Below, piece after piece: positions 10,181 to 18,472 of a DNA stretch of 64,000 nucleotides. The stretch is from IMG/VR virus record IMGVR_UViG_3300031576_000002, positions 62,001-126,000 of that record; one strand, 5' to 3'. Both the position numbers and the translations under genes were made by a program. Position 1 is the first letter of the stretch; each line of letters opens with the position of its first letter. Under the pieces are notes generated by a model that made no database searches, had not been told where the DNA came from, and saw only the letters and a list, made by a program, of their open reading frames with translations.

Positions 10181-11493
10181 CAGATGTCCGTTCCAGTGTT
10201 GACGAGCTGGCTGATGAACTCTAGCGAGAAGTCTCGACCGGCGTCATCCGGCGCGACAAAGCGCGGGTTGAACTGGTAGATAGATCCACCGGTTTCTACG
10301 TGTTCGGCAAAGGAGCCTTCTACGTCGAATAGCTCTCCGCTGAGGTCATACGTGTTGATGTAATCCACGTCGAGTGAAACATTGCCCGTCGTCTTGTAGC
10401 CGGTCACGAGCCGGCTCAAAGCGATGTTACGTAGCACGATCCGGATTGCGTCCGAGGTCGCGGGCTCAGCCCAAATACCGATTCCGACTCGGTCGGCGGT
10501 GATGTTCAGCCACGTCGCGCTCAAGCCAAGCAGAGAGGATCGAATTCCTGCATCTGCCCGGTACGCGAGTATGCTCTGGAGTCTCGCATCCTGCGCGCCG
10601 ATGATGCGGTAGCCGGCCGTCTGGGTTCGGTAGGCTTCTCCCTGGTCGTGTCCGGAGCGCACGACAAAGACCCTGGAATTCTTGAGAACGAGGTTGACGC
10701 CATTGGCGAGGCCGAAGGCGCCGATGCCCGCGGCAAAATCTTGTCCTTCTCCGGCCTGCCCGTGAGTGAAGATTTCTCGCACGACACAGTTCGAGATTCG
10801 AGCTACGTCCGGTGTAGGAGCCGAGACCTCGATTCCCGTCAGGATTCCGGCGACGTTGGCGTTCACGCCGCTGACGGTCGTGACGCGAGTATCCAAGATC
10901 GAGCACGTTCCCGTGTTCTCCACGCGGATGCCGTAGAGGGAGCCCCCCGCGACCGCGCTCGTACCCGGAGAAAAGGTACAGGCTAGCCCTCTGACATCCG
11001 TCCGCTGGATCTTGACCAGGTCGCAGTCAGACGCAAAGATCCCCGTGACTCTCAGGCTGGAGCGTACTTCGTTGATCGCCCAGAACTCGCAGATCGTGTC
11101 CGTGACGAGATTTCCCTCGCCGCCCGTAATTGCGACAACTGATGTGAAGTTGAAGGCGTCGGGAGTTCCATTGGGAAGCAGTACGCTACTAGGGGGTTCG
11201 ATAATCAGGCCGTCCAGCACGTACTGGCGGCAGTCCTCCAGTGTGATGAGTCCCGGCTCATCTTCTAGCGTCTCGAAGATGATCTTGACTTCGCCGCGAT
11301 CCAGCGCCTTGCACTGGCCCTGGATGACGCCGCGAACGGCTAGAGGGGAGGGCTCGACGTAGTCGCCCGCCTCGATCAGAATGCGGTCACCATTGCCCTG
11401 CTCGGCAACGGCCTTGCGAACGGTCTGGAACGGCGCAGTCCGGGATCCGTCTGCGCTGTCGCTTCCAGTTGGGGAAACGTAAAAGTCACGCAC
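10180..11493 (-). CDS. Right-handed beta-helix (pectin lyase-like) protein
   Basis: N-terminal FYVSPTGSDSADGSRTAPFQTV..GDRILIEAGDY; beta-helix periodicity; C-terminal NPRFV..DFSL. Confidence 0.8.
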   Translation of the reverse strand: MRDFYVSPTGSDSADGSRTAPFQTVRKAVAEQGNGDRILIEAGDYVEPSPLAVRGVIQGQCKALDRGEVKIIFETLEDEPGLITLEDCRQYVLDGLIIEPPSSVLLPNGTPDAFNFTSVVAITGGEGNLVTDTICEFWAINEVRSSLRVTGIFASDCDLVKIQRTDVRGLACTFSPGTSAVAGGSLYGIRVENTGTCSILDTRVTTVSGVNANVAGILTGIEVSAPTPDVARISNCVVREIFTHGQAGEGQDFAAGIGAFGLANGVNLVLKNSRVFVVRSGHDQGEAYRTQTAGYRIIGAQDARLQSILAYRADAGIRSSLLGLSATWLNITADRVGIGIWAEPATSDAIRIVLRNIALSRLVTGYKTTGNVSLDVDYINTYDLSGELFDVEGSFAEHVETGGSIYQFNPRFVAPDDAGRDFSLEFISQLVNTGTDI

Positions 11494-11506
11494 TTTCTAA
11501 CTTTTC

Positions 11507-12985
11507 TCACGAGACCGTCGAGATTGCGATGGACTCGAACCGAGCGTATTCCTTTTCGCTGAATTCGATCATCTCCCCTGCGGGATCGTCTGTGATCCTG
11601 CGGATGTTTCCAAACTCATCTGTTGCAGTGATCTCTCGAATAATGACTTGATCGACGGACTGCACACGCACGCCTGAGACTCCAGTCTGGATGACGACGA
11701 TAACGTCCGATACCTGAATGGGGTCTCCCAGGCGGAACAGATCGAAGAAGAGGCTCAGCGCGAGCCGGATCTTCTCGCTCTCAACTTCGATGTCCACGCC
11801 GCCGAAGAAGGTGACAGCCGCGCGCATTTCCACGCCAAACCGGATCCCGCGCTTTACGAGTGGATTCGCAGTCAGGATCTGGTTCTCGGGCGTATCAATG
11901 TCGATCTGCGCTCTGGAGACCTCGCTCGCAAACGAGTAGGTCACCGTGAATACTTCCCCTTCACTCAGAGCGACGTGTCCCGCAGGTAGAATTCGTAAGC
12001 GCTCCAAGGCCCGCATAGAAAAGCGCAAGATCGAAGTCGAATCGCGCTCGACTTCGTAGTGCGTACCTTCCGACAGTGTTCCTGCGGCTTCTCCCCGCAC
12101 GATCAGTACCGCAAGCATAGGCTTGGCGACACGACTTCGTTCTACTTGTGCGCCCAAGCCGTACACATCGAGCGTTGGATCGTGGATGAAGGTCTGCGTA
12201 ATCTCTGCCAAGGAGTCGTCAATGACGAAGGCATCAATCCCGTTGGCGCGTTCGCTTTGAGTATCGTCCGTCCGAAGCACACGCGCGTCGAAGAAGTCGA
12301 AGTTATTGACAAGGTAGGATTCGAGGCCCCTGCGAATGTTTCTTTCTCGTCCTCGGGCTCGCCGCAGAACCCGCTCTCGCAGGACTTGGTCGGACTCCCG
12401 ATCCGTTCCGCCGGTAACTGCGTCCGGGTTGTAGACGCCCTCGATTCCAGCAACTGCGCCTTGTACGGATGAGATCCTCGCTTCGCCGATGTTTCCCTTC
12501 GTACCAATCTCAACGGCCTCGATCGGAACCGGATCCGTTTCGTAGCGCTGCGTATCGGAATGGAAGAAGGGTGTCGCCCCAATCCCACCTGGCATGGTAC
12601 GGGTTGCGACCGTCCGGTAGGTTACCTGCTGGGTCAGGTTGAAGGTCACGGTTGAGACCAATGTACCTGCCGGGATTTCGAGATCCGCTGTGGGAGCCGT
12701 GGAGGTGAAGAAGACCGCGGAGCCCCGCGATCTCCGCCCGGACTTTCTCGTCAGCGCGTAGTTCCCAGCCTCTTCGTCCAGGTCTTCGCCCGTGAGCGTA
12801 GAGATGACTTGCAGCTCTTGAACTATATCGAGCTGACTGAAGATCAGCTTGCCGGAGATCGACGCCGGAAAGAGAACTAGGTTCGACACGACGCTGTTGG
12901 GCGACGTATCAATATCGGGCCGTACGTTCCGGAGAAAGCGCCGGACTTCCGACAGGAGTTGGATCTCGTCCTTGATCTCGGCCAT
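11507..12985 (-). CDS. Baseplate J/gp47-like protein
   Basis: GEDLD..LTRK, IPAGTLV, EAVEIGTKGNI, NPDAVTGGTDRESDQVLRER motifs. Confidence 0.9.
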   Translation of the reverse strand: MAEIKDEIQLLSEVRRFLRNVRPDIDTSPNSVVSNLVLFPASISGKLIFSQLDIVQELQVISTLTGEDLDEEAGNYALTRKSGRRSRGSAVFFTSTAPTADLEIPAGTLVSTVTFNLTQQVTYRTVATRTMPGGIGATPFFHSDTQRYETDPVPIEAVEIGTKGNIGEARISSVQGAVAGIEGVYNPDAVTGGTDRESDQVLRERVLRRARGRERNIRRGLESYLVNNFDFFDARVLRTDDTQSERANGIDAFVIDDSLAEITQTFIHDPTLDVYGLGAQVERSRVAKPMLAVLIVRGEAAGTLSEGTHYEVERDSTSILRFSMRALERLRILPAGHVALSEGEVFTVTYSFASEVSRAQIDIDTPENQILTANPLVKRGIRFGVEMRAAVTFFGGVDIEVESEKIRLALSLFFDLFRLGDPIQVSDVIVVIQTGVSGVRVQSVDQVIIREITATDEFGNIRRITDDPAGEMIEFSEKEYARFESIAISTVS

Positions 12986-12989
12986 GGCG

Positions 12990-13748
12990 CTATACGAAGT
13001 TCAATCCCTGCCGAATCGGGGTGGGAGTCGTAATGTTGATCTGCTCACCTTCCAGGGTACGCACCTTCATCCGGATCATCGCGTTCCGCGGATCTTCAGG
13101 ATTTTCCACCACAGTTACGTCCTCTACTCCAAGCAAGATTTCGCCACGGGTGAAGGTCCGGTTCGAGGAGAAGAAGAAGGTGATCGCCTTGCGCTCCGGA
13201 AACACGGTGAAGTTCTGCCGGATGTCGAAGGTGCCGCCAGAGACGGGTGGCGTGATTTCAACGATCTCGACAGATACTCCACGGTCGTTGAACCGCCGAC
13301 TCCTGCGGTCGATCCGATAGGTTTCCAGCCGGCCCGGCCGTACTGCGGTATCGACAAAACTCTGGACGATCGGATCCTGGTTCAGCTTGACGAACTGATT
13401 CGTGCGCAGGTCGAGCTTGTAGATGTCCCAGCCTTGAAGATCGGTATCGTTCTCAGACACGAACGACATCTGGTTCTGCTTGAAGCTCTCAATCGCGGCA
13501 AGTATCACAGCACGGTATTCCTGCGCGCGGAAGATTTTGAGGAAGGACGCCGTGCGACGATTCACAATGGCAAAAGTAAGCTGTTGCGCCAGCTTGAGCT
13601 TGTCGGTAACCCGGCCGCACCTTCCAAGAGGATCCACGAGAATGTCGAACTTGAAGCTCGTCTCCTGGTTCTGAATGATCTGCACGGGCTGGCTCATGCC
13701 CTCCCGTATGACCGTATTGATCTCAACTGCGATGTCGTAGGTCGCCAT
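12990..13748 (-). CDS. Putative baseplate wedge/sheath-initiator (gp25-like) protein
   Basis: Immediately upstream of baseplate J; DILVD..KLAQQ and DPRNAMIRMKV segments. Confidence 0.45.
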   Translation of the reverse strand: MATYDIAVEINTVIREGMSQPVQIIQNQETSFKFDILVDPLGRCGRVTDKLKLAQQLTFAIVNRRTASFLKIFRAQEYRAVILAAIESFKQNQMSFVSENDTDLQGWDIYKLDLRTNQFVKLNQDPIVQSFVDTAVRPGRLETYRIDRRSRRFNDRGVSVEIVEITPPVSGGTFDIRQNFTVFPERKAITFFFSSNRTFTRGEILLGVEDVTVVENPEDPRNAMIRMKVRTLEGEQINITTPTPIRQGLNFV

Positions 13749-13749
13749 C

Positions 13750-14349
13750 TTAGCCTTGCGCCGCGTCGAGAATTTGCTGGAGGAGAGCTTCGGGATCAGG
13801 ACCGGGTGGAATCTGAAGGGAGCCGACTGCGCCGATACAGTTCTGGAGGCTGTCCCAAATCTCTTTGATTTCGTCCAGGTCTTTGATTACCCCGCCCAGA
13901 AAAGTAGATCCCTGGATCTGATTGAAGATCGCGTTCATGATCTTGGAGCTGCCCGCTTCAATCCCTTCCAGCAGCTTCTGCTTGCGGTAGGCAGCACTCG
14001 TGATCGCTGCCTGAATCTCAGCAATGGGGGCTACGATACCTGAAATCATTTCGGCCGCTGCGGCACACGTTGCAAAGGGCAGGATGATGTTGGTGAGTAC
14101 GGTCAAGACATTGAAGAGGGGCTGAAGGAGAAGGAGTACAGCGGCAATTTGTTCGTCGATGAGTTCGATCAGGATTTGGACGTACTTGTCCAGATTTAAC
14201 GATAGGAAGGCTTCGGCTTCTGCGATTTTCGATAGAACATCCAGGGCGTCGTTCAGTATCTGCCGCACGTCGTCTGGGAGGAATGATAGAAATTGCAGTA
14301 AGCATTGCGGGTTACCCAGCGAATTCAAGTACTCCGAGCAGGATGCCAT
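13750..14349 (-). CDS. Hypothetical helical protein
   Basis: 199-aa ORF tightly coupled within the baseplate operon. Confidence 0.5.
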   Translation of the reverse strand: MASCSEYLNSLGNPQCLLQFLSFLPDDVRQILNDALDVLSKIAEAEAFLSLNLDKYVQILIELIDEQIAAVLLLLQPLFNVLTVLTNIILPFATCAAAAEMISGIVAPIAEIQAAITSAAYRKQKLLEGIEAGSSKIMNAIFNQIQGSTFLGGVIKDLDEIKEIWDSLQNCIGAVGSLQIPPGPDPEALLQQILDAAQG

Positions 14350-14350
14350 G

Positions 14351-15439
14351 TCAAGGTGAAATCTTGATGGTCTGAGATAAGACAGTAGGCGGCGCAGGTG
14401 TAACTGGCGTACTCGAAGGAAGTACTCCGGCTGGAGCTTGCGGGACTATATGCGTATGCGAATTATATGCAGCAAGAAAAGCATTTCCCAGAATGGGGGA
14501 CTCTGAAGGATTAGCGCCAATCTCTACTAGCGGGGCTTTCACCGAAGCTATTGCCGTACCAATAAGCTCTGCATTGGTAGCAATAACCCGAACAAGCACT
14601 TTTGCGCCAAGCTCCATCTGCCCCGTCTCGGTCATGTGAACGTACGCTATGGGACTCAAGCCCCCCACAAGCGGAAAAATCTCCAGCACGCCACGTAGCG
14701 TATCCCCTAGACTTTTGCTAGCTTCTATTACTCCACGATCGTCAATCACTCCTGTCCCAAGTGAAATCCTAGCGGCCCGGCTAACTTCAGTGCCCGGGGG
14801 CGGAACGGGAATAAAGGGTACGTTGATTGTGAACTCATTATGGTTAAATCCGGGGTTTAAGATATTTGTGACAGGCTCGTCTGGGGCAGGAATAAGTGGT
14901 ATTCCCGTTTTGGGGTAGCGCCGGACAACTCCAAGCATCATTCGGCCTGCATTGGACATCACTTCCCACAGGTCAGGGGCTAGAGCCCTCACCCTTTGCG
15001 TGGGAATGACTTCAAAGCCCTCGTCACGATTCGTCAGGAGTTGGACGGATCCATCGTTGCGGAAGTGGAGGCGCTGGCCGAATCGTTTGGCGGTCCAGAG
15101 GCGTTCGCCGTGAAGGGCCTCGGGAATCTGGAACCCGTCTAGGCGTTCATCAAAGTTAAGTTCACAGAAGCCTATAACCATAGGCTGCTTGGCCCCGTCA
15201 ATAACGCAGATGACGACATCGCCAGACTCGGGGAGGGAGTAATTTCCCACGTCTGACCAAATCTTGAGATCAGTTCCTGTCCCTAAATGATTATTCCACT
15301 CTACACGGACGGTGCGTGTTTTTGTGTCTACTCCACGCACTGTAGCACGTTCTACAACGCGCAAATCTCCTGGAGATGCCGCTTTCATTTTGGGGAAACC
15401 CCCAAATGGTTTTTCGTATGCCGTTTCTGTACGTGCCAT
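14351..15439 (-). CDS. Baseplate central spike (gpV/gp45-like)
   Basis: OB-fold-like N-terminus (LPESGDVV) and C-terminal metal-binding NSHTH motif. Confidence 0.75.
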   Translation of the reverse strand: MARTETAYEKPFGGFPKMKAASPGDLRVVERATVRGVDTKTRTVRVEWNNHLGTGTDLKIWSDVGNYSLPESGDVVICVIDGAKQPMVIGFCELNFDERLDGFQIPEALHGERLWTAKRFGQRLHFRNDGSVQLLTNRDEGFEVIPTQRVRALAPDLWEVMSNAGRMMLGVVRRYPKTGIPLIPAPDEPVTNILNPGFNHNEFTINVPFIPVPPPGTEVSRAARISLGTGVIDDRGVIEASKSLGDTLRGVLEIFPLVGGLSPIAYVHMTETGQMELGAKVLVRVIATNAELIGTAIASVKAPLVEIGANPSESPILGNAFLAAYNSHTHIVPQAPAGVLPSSTPVTPAPPTVLSQTIKISP

Positions 15440-17574
15440 TAGGGACCTGTTAAGCCGGCTGTTACTTGCGCGGCACCTGTAATATCTGCAACTTCGGTTG
15501 CGAATCCAAGAAGATCCTGCGTCCCTTTAGAAGCAGCTCTGAGAAGATCCGCCACTGTAGGGTTCAAAAGAACAGCGCCAGGAGACTGTGCAGACCCTAT
15601 CAGACTGGTGCTGGTGGTACGTTTAAGTCCGCTTGCGATAGTAAAAAGCGTAATCAAAGCATCAATTTCTTGCTGAGTAATGGTAATGGTCGTGTTGCGT
15701 TGGATCAAAAACTCCGTAAAATCAATCGGTAGTGCATCCGTCTTTCTGACGTAGGATACGCCAAGACCCGTTGTGGGATCCCCGCCTACGGGAAAGTTGT
15801 GGTCAATGCTGATTATGTAACCAATGTCTCTGCGTTCAGGGAAATAGACTGGACGCGCAACTTCCAGCTCTGGACGAAATACGATTGTCACTTGCGCTGA
15901 ATAGAGATCCTTGTTGAGGTAGGCCAATCGGGCAAGAGCGTATAGCCCCAGCAAGCTATTGTACGTTTTCGTTTTGGCGTCTTTTGTGTCCTTTCCGGTC
16001 TGGCTTGAGCCAGCATTCACGAGCTGTTCTTGCTGCTCTCTAACCCAAAATCCATAGCGTAGCCCGAGTTCTTGAGCAACTGCTACTGTGCGGTGGCCAA
16101 ATACACTAAGAAGGGGAATTGTTGAACCAAAAATGGCTGGCTCCCCCTGAAACAAAAGCACAGTAGCTATTTCTTCGTCTGATATGGTAAAGCTGGATGA
16201 ACGCATCTCATCGTATGAGACTACATAAGCGCTAGTAAGTTTGGATGCAGCAAAATCTGGAATATCTGTTCCGTTAACGCGCGCCACAGTGTTGAGGAAT
16301 AGCATTGCATGACGGTATGGATGTGCTTGATAATGCCCGCAAGCATCTGCGTAAAACTCAGTCATTGTGCGTTTAGAAATTTCCTGGACTGCCTCCAAGC
16401 GATTGATAAAATCACTACCGAAAAATGTAGGCACGCGGGCAGGCAAAATCGCACGATACGGGTTTATGTCGTCTAGCCCCCAAAAAAATAGTTTCGGGGA
16501 CATGACGCTAGACCTACGAAGATCGCGAATACGAGGCGCAAGAAGATCCGGGTTTTCGCCAGCGTACGAGATTTTACGCCTAGCCTCGTAAATGCCAAAA
16601 TCTGATGGTTCGTCCGCAAGCTGATAGTCTAAAACCGCAAAAGGCGGCTGCCCTACAACACTGCCCAGATTTGATCCAAGAATGATGTAACTGTACACCT
16701 CCTTCATAGTTCGGCCCGAAAGAGGATGATTGGTAACAGCCGTGCTGTTACCCACAATGTTTTGAATGTTTGCATCTGCCGTAGGAGCTAGTGCCGGATT
16801 CACCCGCATCATCGTTTTGTGGAGAGGCTTGAGAGCATCTTCACATACTACTTCTAGGCTCTCATAACCCTGCTGGTTTGAGCGCGTCACATGATTTATC
16901 AATCCGGTAAATACCGGGTAGTAGTTTGCAGGGTCCAGACGTCCTCGACCGTAGATGTATACCCATGTCATAGGCGTTAAGAGTTGATCTAGCACTGTGA
17001 ACTCGCCAGTTTCCGCGGGAACGAAAAAGTGGTTCCAGAATAGAAGGGTATCAATCTGGAACTCGGGCTCTTTTCCTGGAGTAAAAAGCCCCGAACGCCT
17101 CGACATTGTCGGAAATGTAATCGAAACTGTGGCCGTACTCGGACCTGTCGAAGTCCGTCGCACGGACACATTCGAGATAAAGTGGCGAACAGCCTGATTG
17201 AGAAAGTCCTGCTTAGCTTCGGCGCTAGCAGCTATTGGTAGCTGACTTCCAGACAAAAAAGGAATTGAACGGTCAAAACCGAAAGCCTGTGCAAAATCTC
17301 GAAAAATCTTGTAGTAATACTCAACCCTTTGAATAGCGCGATCCGTCGCGAACGTGTCATTGACAACTTGGTTGAGGAGTTTACCACTTTTTAGTTCCTG
17401 CGGAGTCGCTGTTACGCGCCGTACAAAATCAAAATATACCCATATATCAGGCTGGTAGTGGTTATCTGGAACAGTAAAAGTTTCCGCGTTCATAGCACTA
17501 CGGATAATCCCATCGGGGATCGGGCGCTCCCGTGAGAGAAGGATCTGGAAGGGATTGACGGGGCCAGGTGGCAT
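15439..17574 (-). CDS. Baseplate hub protein
   Basis: VFTGLI, EFYADACG, RYG, RPELEVARPV..GYIISIDH motifs; lies between the tape measure region and the spike. Confidence 0.7.
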   Translation of the reverse strand: MPPGPVNPFQILLSRERPIPDGIIRSAMNAETFTVPDNHYQPDIWVYFDFVRRVTATPQELKSGKLLNQVVNDTFATDRAIQRVEYYYKIFRDFAQAFGFDRSIPFLSGSQLPIAASAEAKQDFLNQAVRHFISNVSVRRTSTGPSTATVSITFPTMSRRSGLFTPGKEPEFQIDTLLFWNHFFVPAETGEFTVLDQLLTPMTWVYIYGRGRLDPANYYPVFTGLINHVTRSNQQGYESLEVVCEDALKPLHKTMMRVNPALAPTADANIQNIVGNSTAVTNHPLSGRTMKEVYSYIILGSNLGSVVGQPPFAVLDYQLADEPSDFGIYEARRKISYAGENPDLLAPRIRDLRRSSVMSPKLFFWGLDDINPYRAILPARVPTFFGSDFINRLEAVQEISKRTMTEFYADACGHYQAHPYRHAMLFLNTVARVNGTDIPDFAASKLTSAYVVSYDEMRSSSFTISDEEIATVLLFQGEPAIFGSTIPLLSVFGHRTVAVAQELGLRYGFWVREQQEQLVNAGSSQTGKDTKDAKTKTYNSLLGLYALARLAYLNKDLYSAQVTIVFRPELEVARPVYFPERRDIGYIISIDHNFPVGGDPTTGLGVSYVRKTDALPIDFTEFLIQRNTTITITQQEIDALITLFTIASGLKRTTSTSLIGSAQSPGAVLLNPTVADLLRAASKGTQDLLGFATEVADITGAAQVTAGLTGP

Positions 17575-17576
17575 TC

Positions 17577-18419
17577 TTAGATCCGGTCGAAGAGGCCGCC
17601 CAGGGATTCGTCGAAGAACTGGACAATGCCGTTTTCAGGTATTTTTAGGTCTTCCAGAGCGCCATTAGCCCTAAGTAGCCGACCAGTGTCAAATGTGTCG
17701 AGGGTGCCGCCAATAAGAGACTCTAGCCCCTGGACCACTACAAAATCGGCTCCAAATTTCCAATTCCACGGGTTGTTCGCATCAACAGTAAAAGTCCAGT
17801 TAGTCAGGTAGCCGCGAAATATGCCTCGGCTAAAAGTCATCAGGAGGATGTCATTATTCGCATCAAACTCGTGGTACAGAATGTAGAACTCCAGAAAGGT
17901 TAAGAATCGTGGAGAAGCTAGCAAAAGGCCGGTATACGGGTACCCGCCTGCGAGACCGGTTGTTACTTCGGGCGTTCCGCTTGCGTTTAGGTTAAGGTAT
18001 CCTTGTGTATCAAAGTTGACAACTTGCGGAACACTTTGAAAAGCGTTTATACCTCCCGTAAAAGGTGCCGGTACAATAGGAGCGGGCAGAGGGGCGCTTC
18101 TGTAAGGCAGCATATTTCCTGTCTGCATCTTGAGGGACACCGTTGTTAGATCCGGTCCCCAGTCCTGAACAACGTAACGCCCGCGTGAAAGAGTTCTAGT
18201 CTTTTGAACTTCTTTTGGTGTCGCAAAAGTTACTTCATACGGATTGATTAACAGTTCTACCGCATTCAAATCCGGCCCGAGTACAATTTTCTCGCCTGTG
18301 CCTAGCCCCGCAGTAGCCGGTACAGCGCTCCGGATCTGATCGACCGTAAGCTCAGCAACAGCCTCCTTCCGGAATTTCCGGAAGATGATTGCTTCGTGGG
18401 ATCCGATAGAAGACGCCAT
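17577..18419 (-). CDS. Tail tube initiator/baseplate organiser-like protein
   Basis: LINP..TLSRG.YVVQDWG and FRGY..FTVDANNPW motifs; directly after the tape measure. Confidence 0.6.
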   Translation of the reverse strand: MASSIGSHEAIIFRKFRKEAVAELTVDQIRSAVPATAGLGTGEKIVLGPDLNAVELLINPYEVTFATPKEVQKTRTLSRGRYVVQDWGPDLTTVSLKMQTGNMLPYRSAPLPAPIVPAPFTGGINAFQSVPQVVNFDTQGYLNLNASGTPEVTTGLAGGYPYTGLLLASPRFLTFLEFYILYHEFDANNDILLMTFSRGIFRGYLTNWTFTVDANNPWNWKFGADFVVVQGLESLIGGTLDTFDTGRLLRANGALEDLKIPENGIVQFFDESLGGLFDRI

Positions 18420-18422
18420 GGT

Positions 18423-18470
18423 TCAAGTACCTGTCTGGAAGATGGCTTCGTGCTGGCCGATGGATGCCAT
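18423..18470 (-). pseudogene. 15-aa remnant duplicating the N-terminus of the next gene
   Basis: MASIGQHEAIFQTGT* versus MASSIGSHEAIIFRK. Confidence 0.6.
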
Positions 18471-18472
18471 GA

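Noticed and set aside
12849-13868. 339-aa plus-strand ORF and the many other plus-strand ORFs
   Set aside because: Antisense to tightly coupled minus-strand genes; expected in GC-rich coding DNA
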